Assembly (NCBI RefSeq): GCF_001425055.1
Contig: NZ_LMDK01000012.1
Location: 335,337 to 399,336 of the forward strand
DNA from: Pelomonas sp. Root1237
Lineage (GTDB): Bacteria; Pseudomonadota; Gammaproteobacteria; Burkholderiales; Burkholderiaceae_C
Reading direction: 5' to 3'
DNA length: 64,000 bases
Under the pieces are notes generated by a model, which was not told the origin of the DNA, did not search any database, and saw nothing but the letters and a program-made list of their open reading frames with translations. Shown here in pieces: positions 20,934 through 30,820 of the stretch. A program made the position numbers and the translations under genes. How positions within the stretch are numbered: position 1 is the stretch's first letter; the number at the start of each line of letters is the position of its first letter.

Positions 20934-22931
20934 TCAGATCAGCACGCCGATGATCGCGTCGCCGATGCCCATCAGGGCGGCGCCGGAGATCAGCCCGGCG
21001 CAGATGGGCTCCATGCCTTCGACCCAGATGCGGTGGCCGCGGGAGTCGGCGGGGGCGTTCTTGTACTTCTTGGCCATGTACCAGAACATCAGCGCGCCGA
21101 CGAACATCATGAAGGTGGCTTGCGGCGGCAGCGTGACGCCCAGGCCGATGGCTACGGCCGACAGGCCCGATTTGCCCTTGGTGACGATGCGAGCCACTTC
21201 GATGGCGACGGCCGCCAGGGCGGCAACGGCCATGGAGATCAGCGCCGAGGTGGGCAGGCTCTTCAATCCCTTGGCGATGATGTCGGCCACGCCCTTCCAC
21301 TGCAGCGCGGCAGGGAAGCCGAACTGGTCGGACACCATGTTCGCCGCGCTGGCAGCGCCGTTGGCATCAGGCTTGATGAACAGCAGGAAGAACAGCGGCA
21401 CGCAGACCAGCACGCCGGCCAGGTTGCCGATGATGTGGCCGATGGCCTGGTGGCGCGGCTTGCCGCCGAGCATGTAGCCGGGCTTGATGTCGGACAGCAG
21501 GTTGGCCGCGTTGGAGGCGATCTCGGCCGTCATGCCCGCAGGCAGCAGGTTGGAACCGGGGTTGGTGCGGTCCAGCGCGCCCATCGTGAACTGCGTGATC
21601 TTGGACAGGGACCCGGTCGGCGTCCACGACGTCAGCGCCATGGAGTTGGTGCAGATCACGGTCAGCACGAAGATCAGCGGCAGCGACACGATGGCCAGCC
21701 ACAGCGGCACGCCGAAGAAGGCGTGCGTGGCGTAGCAGCCCATCAGGCTGACGACGGGCACGCCAATCCAGCTGATCCACAGCGGCACCTCGATGTCCTT
21801 GAGCAGGTCACTCTTGGGTTCCGCCTTGGCCGCGATCTGCGCCGGCGTCTTGCGCTTGAACGCACTCGTGAAGATCTCGGGCTTGGCCAGCAGCGACACC
21901 AGCGCGCCCACGACCATCATCGTCACGCCCCACCACAGCGACCACTGGTTGACGATCTCCACGCGGTTCAGCGGGATCAGCACGCCATTGGCGCCCAGGC
22001 GCGGCGCGATGTCACCGGCCTGGATCATCAGCGGTGCCAGGAACACGAAGTTGACGATGACGCCAACGAAGCAGCTCGTCGCGACGGCGAGGCCCATCAG
22101 GCCCCCGGTGCCGATCAACGCGGCGTCCACCACCAGGCGCAAGCCCAGGGTGCGGAAGTCCGTTCCCAGGATGCTGGGAATGAAGCCGTGCGCCTTGACG
22201 GCCCAGGCGTAGTAGTAGTCGTCGATGCGCTCGTGCAGATGCCAGGGCTCCGTCATGCCGGCCCACTTGTCCATGGCCAGCAGCTTGAACTGGATCAACT
22301 TCATCCAGCCTTCGCCGCAGATGCCCTGTAGCAGCGCCGCGCCGCCCGCCACCCAGCCCAGCAGCTTGGCCTTGAACATGCCCTCGCTGCCCTTGCCGTG
22401 GTACAGCGAGTCGAGCACCACGCCGCAGGCACGGCCTTCCGGGAAGGGCGCCTGGTCTTCATTGATGAAGCGGCGCTTCAGCGGGAAGGCCAGCAGCACG
22501 CCCACCAGCGACACCAGGAACATCCAGATGGCGATCTGCCACCACAGCGGCACATGGCCCGTCACCAGCATGTAGGCCGGCAGGCTGGAGATCAGCGCCG
22601 TGGTCACATAGCCCGACGCTGTGGCGATGGACTGGGTGCAGTTGTTCTCGAGGATGGTGTAGTCCTGAGCCAGGCCGGCCGCGTGCAGCGCGCGGAACAG
22701 TGCAAAGGCCAGGATGACCGAAGTGAGGCCAACGCCGAGGGAAATGCCCGTCTTGGCACCGATGTACAGGCCGGTGGAGGAGAGCACACCGCCGAGCAGG
22801 AAACCGGTGATACCGGAGCGCAGCGAAAGCTGGGCCATGTCGCCGCGGAAGACGTTCTTGAACCACCACTCGTCCTTTTGGGCGCGTGTCATGGTGGCGA
22901 TCTGCTCGTCGGTCAGGTGTTGGAGTGCCAT
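20934..22931 (-). CDS. OPT-family oligopeptide transporter
   Basis: 665 aa from MALQHLTDEQIATMTRAQKDEWWFKNVFRGD, multi-TM, typical of the OPT superfamily. The ORF track's N-terminal extension to 23198 is discarded. Confidence 0.8.
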   Translation of the reverse strand: MALQHLTDEQIATMTRAQKDEWWFKNVFRGDMAQLSLRSGITGFLLGGVLSSTGLYIGAKTGISLGVGLTSVILAFALFRALHAAGLAQDYTILENNCTQSIATASGYVTTALISSLPAYMLVTGHVPLWWQIAIWMFLVSLVGVLLAFPLKRRFINEDQAPFPEGRACGVVLDSLYHGKGSEGMFKAKLLGWVAGGAALLQGICGEGWMKLIQFKLLAMDKWAGMTEPWHLHERIDDYYYAWAVKAHGFIPSILGTDFRTLGLRLVVDAALIGTGGLMGLAVATSCFVGVIVNFVFLAPLMIQAGDIAPRLGANGVLIPLNRVEIVNQWSLWWGVTMMVVGALVSLLAKPEIFTSAFKRKTPAQIAAKAEPKSDLLKDIEVPLWISWIGVPVVSLMGCYATHAFFGVPLWLAIVSLPLIFVLTVICTNSMALTSWTPTGSLSKITQFTMGALDRTNPGSNLLPAGMTAEIASNAANLLSDIKPGYMLGGKPRHQAIGHIIGNLAGVLVCVPLFFLLFIKPDANGAASAANMVSDQFGFPAALQWKGVADIIAKGLKSLPTSALISMAVAALAAVAIEVARIVTKGKSGLSAVAIGLGVTLPPQATFMMFVGALMFWYMAKKYKNAPADSRGHRIWVEGMEPICAGLISGAALMGIGDAIIGVLI

Positions 22932-23164
22932 GAGATCAGGGCGGCGCTTGTGACGCGGCCTGGTTAAAGCAAAGCTGGCGATTGTCCCGGCCGACCGCTC
23001 GGTCGGACTTTGGGATATGCCCTGGGTCGAAGCCCCTGGATGCGGGGGCTCAAAAAAATACCGCCACGGCAAGGCCAGCGGCGGCGCATCGGTCAGAAGC
23101 GGGCGCATTTTGCCAGCTTTCCCGAACCGGGCCGCGCCACAATGCGGCGGCTCCAGGCATTGGC

Positions 23165-23557
23165 ATGACAGCTCCCATTTCTCCCCTGATCCACGCACTG
23201 CGCCTGCTCAAGGCCGAACTGGCGCAGGCGCGCCATTCGCCGTCGCAACGCCAGGCAACGGCCGGGGCCTCGGCTGGCTTGGTCAATCGGGCCGCGCCAC
23301 CCGCGGCCGTGACGGCATTGCAGGGGCTGACCGCCAAGCTCAAGGCCGCCCGAGCTCAAGGCGGTGCCATCCCCCGTGCCAAGGCCTTGCGCCTGTTCGT
23401 CGAGGCTGCGTTGCTCGATGAACTCGGCGGCGAGTTGCAACTGGATCCGGCGCTGGAAGGCCTGGTGGAGCGCACCTGCCGGGCCATCGAGCAGGATGCC
23501 GGCAGCGCGGCCTTGTTGGACGAAGCCTTGCAGGAGCTTCAGGCCCTGGTTGACTGA
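23165..23557 (+). CDS. Hypothetical protein (131 aa, Ala/Leu-rich, helical)
   Basis: Starts MTAPISPLIHALRLL with high GC3. It is convergent with arr and does not overlap it if arr ends at 23588. Confidence 0.35.
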   Translation: MTAPISPLIHALRLLKAELAQARHSPSQRQATAGASAGLVNRAAPPAAVTALQGLTAKLKAARAQGGAIPRAKALRLFVEAALLDELGGELQLDPALEGLVERTCRAIEQDAGSAALLDEALQELQALVD

Positions 23558-23587
23558 GCCTCACCGGCTGGGCCGCAGGGCCTATTG

Positions 23588-24005
23588 CTATTCCTGGATG
23601 GCCTCGATGCCGAGTTCGCGCATCCGCTGCACATGCGCCAGCATGGTTTGCATGCTGCTCGGGGGAGTGGCCCTGCCATTGCATGACTTCGCCCGTCACC
23701 CGCAGCCCCGCCTTGCAGCGGTAGGACTTGGTTGGATTGCCGGGGAACTTGCGGTCAGTCAGGTTGGGGTCGTCTTCGATGGGGCCGGTGGGCTCCACGA
23801 TGTAGATGCGGCCGCGGTCCTCGCCCACGGCCAGCTCAGCGCCCCAGATCGCGGCTTCCAGCGTCGCGGACAGATAGACGTAGTTCGCCTTCTTGCGCTG
23901 GCCGTAGTTGGACACGTAGCCAGGCTGGATCAGGTCACCGGCCTGCAGGTCGGCCTTGGTGCCGTGGTAATACGGTGGAGGGCTTGGAGCGTCGGTGCTT
24001 GTCAT
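23588..24005 (-). CDS. arr: NAD(+)--rifampin ADP-ribosyltransferase Arr homolog with an apparent +1 frameshift near 23654
   Basis: YYHGTKADLQAGDLIQPGYVSNYGQRKKANYVYLSATLEAAIWGAELA...RIYIVEPTGPIEDDPNLTD.KFPGNPTKSYR...WQGHSPEQ matches Arr-2/Arr-ms along its length. After GHSPEQ the frame-0 reading becomes a Pro/Arg-rich tail running to 23340. The +1 frame instead reads MQTMLAHVQRMRELGIEAIQE* and ends at 23588, matching the Arr C-terminus in length and character. Confidence 0.7.
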
Positions 24006-24066
24006 CGGGCCGTTAGGGGCGAGGGCGCGACAGTGTCCATGACAGAGGCAATCTCGTGAAGCCCCG

Positions 24067-25326
24067 TCACGCCTGGGCCGGCACCGCCGCCGTCCTGCGG
24101 CTCAGGCCCAGCCCCACCAGGCCCGCCGACGCAATGCCCATCATCAACGCCGCCGCCGAGCCCGCGAACACGCCGCGCGGCATGCCCTGGTCCAGGATGG
24201 CCCCGAACACGGGTGCGGCAATCGCAAAGCCGATGTCGAGGCCCGAATACACGGTGCCATAGACCCGGCCGGTCGCTCCCGGCGGCGAGGCGCGCTTGAT
24301 CAGCATGTCGCGCGACGGGCCGGCCAGGCCGGTACCAAAACCCGCCAGCGCGGCCACGATGGCCGCCAGCCCGCCGGGCAGCCAGCCGGTCGCCGTCAGC
24401 AGCAGCAATGCGGCGGCAAAGGCCATGGCAAACGCAATCGTGCGCTCCAGCCGCTCGGCCTTGGCGACCAGGAAGCCGCCGCAGACCATGCCCGCCGCGC
24501 CGGCCAGCATGTAGCCGGTGACGACATAGGCCGTCAGTGCCAGCGGCAGGCCGTAGATCTGGTGCAGGGCCGGGCTGGCAAAGCTCTGGATGGCCGACAG
24601 CGCCGCCGTGCTCCAGAAGAAGAAGGAAAAGCACAGCCACACCGAGGGCAGCTTCAAGAAAGCCATGGGGTGCTCCGCCTTGACGCCGGCCGCCGGCTTC
24701 GCGTGTCCCCACGACCCTTGGCGGTCGTCTATTGCCGAGCGCTGCCAGAACAGCAGGGCCATCACCGAAAGCGCGACGAGGGCTGTGCCGACATAGGCGA
24801 AACGCCAGTTGCCCGTCGCCTCGGCAATGCCGATGGAGAACACCGGCGCGAAGGCCCAGCCGAGGTTGCCGCTGATGCCATGCACCGAGAAGGCGTGGCC
24901 CAGGCGTGGTTGCGACACACGCTTGTTCAGGATGGTGAAGTCGGCCGGGTGGAAGGGGGCGTTGCCGACGCCGGCGAGTGCTGCCGCCAGCATCAGCCCG
25001 CCAAAGCCCTGGGCCAGGCCCGCAGCGATGGAGGCGAGAAAGAAGCTCGCCATCGCCGCGAACAGTACCGGCCGGGCACCGATGCGGTCGACGATGAAGC
25101 CCGACAGCGCCTGCCCGGCGCCCGAGATGACGAAAAAGGTCGTCACCAGCAAACCCAGTTCCGAATAGCTCAGGCCAAAAGCCTGGATGAAGGCCGGGAA
25201 CAGCGGCGGCAGCAGCATGTGGAAGAAGTGCGACGTGCCGTGGGCGACACCGATGGTCGAGATCGTCGTGACGTCACGCCGGCGCTGCAGGCCGGCGTCG
25301 AGGGAAGAGGCGAGGGCGGTATCCAT
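24067..25326 (-). CDS. MFS transporter
   Basis: 419 aa, about 12 TM helices, with MFS-type motifs. Confidence 0.8.
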   Translation of the reverse strand: MDTALASSLDAGLQRRRDVTTISTIGVAHGTSHFFHMLLPPLFPAFIQAFGLSYSELGLLVTTFFVISGAGQALSGFIVDRIGARPVLFAAMASFFLASIAAGLAQGFGGLMLAAALAGVGNAPFHPADFTILNKRVSQPRLGHAFSVHGISGNLGWAFAPVFSIGIAEATGNWRFAYVGTALVALSVMALLFWQRSAIDDRQGSWGHAKPAAGVKAEHPMAFLKLPSVWLCFSFFFWSTAALSAIQSFASPALHQIYGLPLALTAYVVTGYMLAGAAGMVCGGFLVAKAERLERTIAFAMAFAAALLLLTATGWLPGGLAAIVAALAGFGTGLAGPSRDMLIKRASPPGATGRVYGTVYSGLDIGFAIAAPVFGAILDQGMPRGVFAGSAAALMMGIASAGLVGLGLSRRTAAVPAQA

Positions 25327-25395
25327 GCCCTCAATGTAGGCAGGGCAGCGTCGGCGTTGTTACGATGGTTCGTCAACTTCTGTCGAAATTCAGCC

Positions 25396-26205
25396 ATGGC
25401 CAGCCGTCGCAGCTTTCCTGCCTTCTCGCCCGAGCTCTTCGCGCCGACGCCCGAGCGGCCGCTGCGCGCCAAATCGCGGCTGCTGGAGCACCTGGCCGAC
25501 ATCCAGCCGCACCGGCACGACTGGGCCCAGCTCGTGTTCTCGATGACGGGCGCCGTGCGCGTGAACACCGAGGCGTCGACCTACATCGTGCCGCCGTCGC
25601 GGGCGGTGTGGATTCCGCCTGGCGTCGTCCACGCGGTCACGGCCATCGAGCAGTGCGACCTGCGCACCCTCTACCTCGGCCCCGAGCTGCTGGCGGGCGA
25701 GGCCTGGCAGGTGGGGCGGGTGCTGGAGGTGTCGCCGCTGCTGCGCGAGCTGGTGCTGGCCCTGCCCGCCATGCCCGATCCCGCACCCCCGGAGAGCCGC
25801 GACGACGCCGAGCGACGCGGCGCCATGGAGCGGCTGGTGCTCAGTGAACTCCAGCGCGCCCGCCCGTTGGCGCTGGGCGTTGCCCTGCCTCAGGACGCGC
25901 GGCTGCGCAAGCTCTGCGAGGCCATGCTGCGCGAGCCCGGTCGCCATGCCGGCCTGGACGAATGGGCCGCCGAGGCGGGCGCCAGCCCGCGCACGCTGAG
26001 CCGGCTGTTCCGCGAGCAGCTCGGCACCAGCTTCGCGCAATGGCGCTCGCAACTGCTGCTGGCCCACGCGCTGACCCTGGCGGCGCGCGGCCGGCCGATG
26101 AGCCATATCGCCAGCGAGCTCGGCTATGCCAGTGCCAGCGCCTTCACGGCCATGGTGACGCGCACGGTGGGCATGCCACCAAGCCGGTTCTTTGCAGAGG
26201 CGTGA
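25396..26205 (+). CDS. AraC-family transcriptional regulator (cupin plus HTH)
   Basis: An N-terminal cupin-like region (VWIPPGVVHAV) and a C-terminal AraC HTH (IASELGYASASAFTAMVTRTVGMPPSRF). It is divergent from the MFS gene. Confidence 0.8.
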   Translation: MASRRSFPAFSPELFAPTPERPLRAKSRLLEHLADIQPHRHDWAQLVFSMTGAVRVNTEASTYIVPPSRAVWIPPGVVHAVTAIEQCDLRTLYLGPELLAGEAWQVGRVLEVSPLLRELVLALPAMPDPAPPESRDDAERRGAMERLVLSELQRARPLALGVALPQDARLRKLCEAMLREPGRHAGLDEWAAEAGASPRTLSRLFREQLGTSFAQWRSQLLLAHALTLAARGRPMSHIASELGYASASAFTAMVTRTVGMPPSRFFAEA

Positions 26206-26310
26206 TCAGGCGTTCCGCCCGCACCCCACCCGTCGCAGCGCCGGCCGGAATGCATCTTTGAGTCGATAGAGTTGCGCCGGCCTGGAGGCACACAACAACA
26301 GGACACGCCC

Positions 26311-27153
26311 ATGAAGACGCATCTGCTGCTGATCGACCCTCAGAACGATTTCTGCGACCTGCCGGTGGACTGGCTGCCGCGCTCGCCCGTGACGGGAGAA
26401 CTCATCCAGCCCGCGCTGCCGGTGGCCGGTGCTCACGCCGACCTGCAGCGCGCCGCTGGCCTGGTGGAGCGCCTGCGCGGCCAGATCGACGCCATCACCG
26501 TGACGCTGGATTCGCATCACCGCATCGACATCGCCCACCCTGGCTTTTGGCTGGAAACGGCCAGCGGCCGCCACCCCGGGCCGTTCACGCCCATCACGGC
26601 CGCCCAGGTCCGATGCGGCGAGTACCTGCCGCGCGACCCCGCCCACCTCGACCGCGCGCTGGCCTATCTGGATGCGCTGGAGGCCGCCGGCCGCTACACG
26701 CTGATGGTCTGGCCGGTGCACTGCCAGATGGGCAACTGGGGCCATGGCGTGCACGCCGGCCTGCAGGCTGCGCTGGACGCCTGGGCGGACAGGGAAGGGC
26801 GCTCGGTGGCCGTCGTCACCAAGGGCGAGAACCCCTGGACCGAGCACTACAGCGCGCTTCAGGCCGAGGTGCCCGACCCCTCCGACGAAAGCACCGCGCT
26901 GAACCAGGCCCTGCTGGCCGAGCTGGATCGCTTCGACCGCGTGCTGATCGCCGGCGAGGCCGGCAGCCATTGCGTGAGAGCCACCGTCGAACACCTGGCC
27001 GACCATCTGCCGTCGCGGCAGTTGGCCAAACTGGTGCTGCTGACCGATTGCATCAGCCCCGTGGCGGGCTTCGAGGCCCAGCAGGCCGGCTTCCTGGCCG
27101 CGATGCGGGCACGCAGTTTGCAGTTGTCCACCAGCACGGAGATCCAGGCATGA
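26311..27153 (+). CDS. Isochorismatase-family cysteine hydrolase (nicotinamidase-like)
   Basis: [10 protein letters not shown] and the catalytic-Cys context [10 protein letters not shown] fit the family. The stop overlaps the pncB start (ATGA). Confidence 0.7.
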   Translation: MKTHLLLIDPQNDFCDLPVDWLPRSPVTGELIQPALPVAGAHADLQRAAGLVERLRGQIDAITVTLDSHHRIDIAHPGFWLETASGRHPGPFTPITAAQVRCGEYLPRDPAHLDRALAYLDALEAAGRYTLMVWPVHCQMGNWGHGVHAGLQAALDAWADREGRSVAVVTKGENPWTEHYSALQAEVPDPSDESTALNQALLAELDRFDRVLIAGEAGSHCVRATVEHLADHLPSRQLAKLVLLTDCISPVAGFEAQQAGFLAAMRARSLQLSTSTEIQA

Positions 27154-28346
27154 GCACCCCCGTCATCACCAGCCTGCTGGACACCGACCTCTACAAGTTC
27201 ACGATGTGGCAGGCGCTGCTGCATCGCCACCCGCAGACGCAGGCCGAGTACCGCTTCGTCTGCCGCAACCAGCCCGGCTACCCGCTGGCCGAGCTGAAGG
27301 CCGACGTCGAGCGCGAGCTGCAGGCGCTATGTTCCCTGAGCTTTCGCGCCGATGAGCTGGCCTATGTGAAGGGCCTGCGCTTCATCAAGAGCGACTTTGT
27401 CGACTTCCTGCGCATCTTCCGGTTCCAGCGCGATTTCGTCGAAGTGACGACGGACGGCGCGCAGCTCAACATCGTCGCGCGCGGCCCGCAGGTGCATGTG
27501 ATGGGTTTCGAGATTCCGATACTGGCCATCGTCAACGAGCTCTATTTCCGCCGGCTGGATACGCCCGAGGTTCGTGCCGAAGGCCAACGCCGGCTGAACG
27601 CCAAGATCGCCACGCTGCAGGCCTTTGCCGCCGAGCCCCTGCCGCAGCGCCACCCCTTCGATCTGTTCGACTTCGGTCTGCGCCGCCGTTTCTCCGGCGC
27701 CTGGCAGCGCGAGGTGGTGACCCGGCTGCGCGACGCCTTGCCCCAGCATTTCAAGGGCAGCTCCAACGTGCTGCTGGCCAAGGAGCTGGGCCTGGTGCCC
27801 ATCGGCACCATGGCGCACGAATACCTGCAAACCTACCAGGCCCTGGGCACCGTGCGCTTGCGCGACCACCAGAAGGCGGCGCTGGAGGACTGGGTGCAGG
27901 AATACCGCGGCGACCTCGGCACGGCGCTGACCGACGTCGTCGGCATGGACGCCTTCCTGGCCGACTTCGATCTCTATTTCGCCAAGCTCTTCGACGGCCT
28001 GCGCCATGACAGCGGCGACCCGGTCGCCTGGGGCGAGAAGGCCCTGGCCCACTACGCCAGGCTGCGCATCGACCCGCACACCAAGCGCCTGGTGTTCAGC
28101 GACGGCCTGACCGTGACCAAGGCCATCGAGCTGTACCGCCACTTCGCCGACCGCGTGCAGCTCGGCTTTGGCATCGGCACCCACCTCAGCAACGACCTGG
28201 GGCCCACGCCGCTGAACATCGTCATGAAACTGACCCACGCCAACGGCCAGCCCGTGGCCAAGCTCAGCGACAGCCCCGGCAAGACGCTCTGCGACGACGA
28301 GACCTTCCTCGCCTATCTGCGACAAGTGTTTGGCATCAAGCCATGA
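27150..28346 (+). CDS. pncB: Nicotinate phosphoribosyltransferase
   Basis: 399 aa starting [19 protein letters not shown], with PncB motifs throughout. Confidence 0.9.
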   Translation: MSTPVITSLLDTDLYKFTMWQALLHRHPQTQAEYRFVCRNQPGYPLAELKADVERELQALCSLSFRADELAYVKGLRFIKSDFVDFLRIFRFQRDFVEVTTDGAQLNIVARGPQVHVMGFEIPILAIVNELYFRRLDTPEVRAEGQRRLNAKIATLQAFAAEPLPQRHPFDLFDFGLRRRFSGAWQREVVTRLRDALPQHFKGSSNVLLAKELGLVPIGTMAHEYLQTYQALGTVRLRDHQKAALEDWVQEYRGDLGTALTDVVGMDAFLADFDLYFAKLFDGLRHDSGDPVAWGEKALAHYARLRIDPHTKRLVFSDGLTVTKAIELYRHFADRVQLGFGIGTHLSNDLGPTPLNIVMKLTHANGQPVAKLSDSPGKTLCDDETFLAYLRQVFGIKP

Positions 28347-28534
28347 TCAAGCTCATCCTCGTCCCGGTGCTGGACGGACTGCTCAAGCCGCTCATTGAAC
28401 GCGTCGCCCGCATGGTCCAGCGCCGCGGATACAAGCGCCGCCAGGCGCCGCCGCTGATCCGGCTGCATGCCCGCGCTTTTGGCCAGGGGCGGCAGGTGCC
28501 CATTGCGGCGGTTTTTCCCGGAGTGCTGTCATGA
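28343..28534 (+). CDS. Hypothetical 63-aa protein translationally coupled between pncB and nadM
   Basis: ATGA overlaps at both ends. GC3 is about 80%. The product is basic ([34 protein letters not shown]...). Confidence 0.35.
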   Translation: MIKLILVPVLDGLLKPLIERVARMVQRRGYKRRQAPPLIRLHARAFGQGRQVPIAAVFPGVLS

Positions 28535-29562
28535 CCTCTGCCGCCGTCGTCATCGGCCGCTTCCAACCGGTTCACAACGGCCACGTCAGCTTGTTGCGCG
28601 CGGCGCTGGCCGAGGCGCCCCGCGTCATCGTGCTGCTCGGCTCGGCCCACCAGGCGCGTTCACCGCGCCATGCCTTCAGCTGGACCGAGCGCGCCGAGAT
28701 GCTGCGCCTGGCCCTGACCGACGCCGAGCGTGAATGCGTGGAGATCGTGGCGCTGCGCGACCTCTATGACGAGGCGCGCTGGGTGCAGGCCGTGCGTGCG
28801 GCCGTGCAGGAGCGCGTGGGCGACGCCGACGTCACGCTGGTCGGCCACTTCAAGGATGCCACCAGCGACTACCTGCGCCGCTTCTCGCCCTGGCGCCTGC
28901 TGAGCCTGCCGCGCCAGCACCGCGTGGACGCCACCGACCTGCGCGCCGCACTGTTCGAGGCCGGGCCCGAGGCCCTGGACGGCGTGCTGGCCAGCTGGGT
29001 CGATCAGGTGCCGCCGGGTACGCGCAGCTTCGTGCAGGCCTGGGCGCATCTGCCCTACCTGGCGGCGCTGCGGCGCGAATGGGCCATGCTCAAGGCCTAC
29101 CGACAGGCCTGGGCGGCGGCGCCGTATGCGCCGGTCTTCGTCACCGTGGACCTGGTGCTGCGCTGCGCCGACCATGTGCTGCTGATCCAGCGCGCCAAGG
29201 ACCCCGGCCAAGGGTTGTGGGCCCTGCCGGGCGGCTTCGTCGAGCCGCGCGACACGCTCCACCAGTCCGCCGTGCGCGAACTCGAAGAGGAAACCGGCCT
29301 GCGCCTGCTGCCCGAGACGCTGGCGGGCGCGCTGCAGGGCGTGGCCGTCTTCGACCACCCCGACCGCAGCCAGCGCGGTCGCACGATCTCGCACGCCCAC
29401 CACTTCGATCTGGGGGATCGCGAGTTGCCCGAGGTGCTGGGCGCAGATGACGCGGCCCAGGCACGCTGGGTGCCGGTGGCTGAACTGGTGGCGATGGAAG
29501 AGCAGTTCTTCGACGACCACTTCCACATGCTGGACCGCTTCCTGAGCTTGCTGCCGGCATGA
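28531..29562 (+). CDS. nadM: Bifunctional nicotinamide-nucleotide adenylyltransferase / ADP-ribose pyrophosphatase (NadM-Nudix)
   Basis: An N-terminal cytidylyltransferase fold (VIGRFQPVHNGH) is joined to a C-terminal Nudix box (GGFVEPRDTLHQSAVRELEEETGL). Confidence 0.85.
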   Translation: MTSAAVVIGRFQPVHNGHVSLLRAALAEAPRVIVLLGSAHQARSPRHAFSWTERAEMLRLALTDAERECVEIVALRDLYDEARWVQAVRAAVQERVGDADVTLVGHFKDATSDYLRRFSPWRLLSLPRQHRVDATDLRAALFEAGPEALDGVLASWVDQVPPGTRSFVQAWAHLPYLAALRREWAMLKAYRQAWAAAPYAPVFVTVDLVLRCADHVLLIQRAKDPGQGLWALPGGFVEPRDTLHQSAVRELEEETGLRLLPETLAGALQGVAVFDHPDRSQRGRTISHAHHFDLGDRELPEVLGADDAAQARWVPVAELVAMEEQFFDDHFHMLDRFLSLLPA

Positions 29563-29598
29563 CGATTGCCGGAGGCTGCTCACAGCCAAGGAACAGCC

Positions 29599-29817
29599 AT
29601 GAACAACCCTTTGCGCCACGTGGGGCAGACGGCGCGCCCGGAGGATCCGCAGGCGCCTGCCGCTCAGCCCGGCGATGCCGCCGCCCAGTCGCTTCCGCAG
29701 CATCCGACGGAGAAATCGGACCCGGCTGATGCGCAGCTGCCGACGCCCGCCGGGAAGAAGGACATCCCCGACCTCAAGCCCGGCGAGCCGCCACCGGAAT
29801 CCAGCGCGGGGTCGTAA
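29599..29817 (+). CDS. Hypothetical small Pro/Ala/Gln-rich acidic protein
   Basis: A good ribosome-binding site (AAGGA, 7-nt spacer) and high GC3, but the product is low-complexity and the function unknown. Confidence 0.3.
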   Translation: MNNPLRHVGQTARPEDPQAPAAQPGDAAAQSLPQHPTEKSDPADAQLPTPAGKKDIPDLKPGEPPPESSAGS

Positions 29818-29821
29818 GTCC

Positions 29822-30520
29822 TCAGGACAGCCGGGCCAGCATCATGGCTTCGGTGGCTTCGTCCCAGGCCAGCGGGTAGAGGCTGCGCGCCGAGGCCAGG
29901 GAGTCCGGGTGGCCGCCCCACAGCGAAATCTGCTCGCGGATGTCGGCGAAGGCAATGCTCATCAGCACGGCCGGCGCGTCAACACGCGGATTGTGGCGTT
30001 CCGCGGTGTAGGGCACGAGGCCCAGGCAACGCCGGTAGAAGCCCACGTGGCGCGGGTTGACCTCGATGACGAGGCGCGCGCAGCGGGCACGACGGTGGGC
30101 GTGCAGATAGCCCAGGTGGAAGATCTGTGCCAGCACGCGCTTGGGGTCATGGGAATGCCTGTCAACGGCCAGGCCGCCGAACTCGCAGAGCTTGTCGCCC
30201 GCGGCGCGCCATTCGTCCAACTCTTGCTTGAACAACAGATCGGCGTGAAGGCCGCCGCTGCCGTCGAAGCGCACGGACAGGGTGCCGACGATCTGATCGC
30301 CGTCGCGCGCGGTGCAGACGATGTCGCCATCCTGGTTGCGGCTGCTGTAGCGCTCGCGTGAGATGACCAGCCCGCGGTCGCCATAGCGGCGCTCGACAAG
30401 GCCCAGGGCCTCGCCATCGAGCGCGCCGAAGTCGCTGTTCAAAGCCAGTGCGGCAGCGCCCGAGAAACTGGGCGACGACGCACTGTGCCGCGTTTGCATG
30501 GCAGGGGTCATGGACTGCAT
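29822..30520 (-). CDS. GNAT-fold N-acyltransferase of the FeeM/LuxI-like type (possibly exosortase/PEP-CTERM-associated N-acyl amino acid synthase family)
   Basis: About 230 aa with VERRYGDRGL...RERY and VNPRHVGFYRRCLGLVP. The family call is from memory. The start may be 30520 or 30511. Confidence 0.5.
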   Translation of the reverse strand: MQSMTPAMQTRHSASSPSFSGAAALALNSDFGALDGEALGLVERRYGDRGLVISRERYSSRNQDGDIVCTARDGDQIVGTLSVRFDGSGGLHADLLFKQELDEWRAAGDKLCEFGGLAVDRHSHDPKRVLAQIFHLGYLHAHRRARCARLVIEVNPRHVGFYRRCLGLVPYTAERHNPRVDAPAVLMSIAFADIREQISLWGGHPDSLASARSLYPLAWDEATEAMMLARLS

Positions 30521-30791
30521 CCTTCTTTCCGCGCCGAACGCGCGAGCGGCGCAGTCTAGGAAGGACACCCCCCAAATGGGGGGAGTCTCACAGACCGATA
30601 CACCGGTCGCATTCAGCCCATGAGATTTCTCACGGCCTACCAGTTGCAAGCCGTGCCCTTTGTTAGCGTATGTTTCCCGCTGGTGCGGCGTCGTCCTACA
30701 GCGAGGGCGCCGTGCTGGGGCTAACGTTGCGCCCGTCTGCTTCTCCCTCCCTGAGCAGACCGCTGGCAGCCTCGCAGGCGTGCAAGTGATT

Positions 30792-30820
30792 GCCCCGGCC
30801 ACTGGCCGGGGCATTTTTTT
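30792..30820 (+). terminator. Orphan intrinsic terminator-like hairpin
   Basis: gccccggcc-actg-gccggggc is followed by ATTTTTTT on the plus strand. No plus-strand gene lies upstream; the site is about 120 nt before the flotillin start. Confidence 0.5.

Noticed and set aside
23340-23587. The in-frame 3' extension of arr (the Pro/Arg-rich tail to 23340)
   Set aside because: The +1 frame restores a canonical Arr C-terminus ending at 23588, and the extension would overlap the convergent gene at 23165-23557. It is better explained as read-through after a frameshift.
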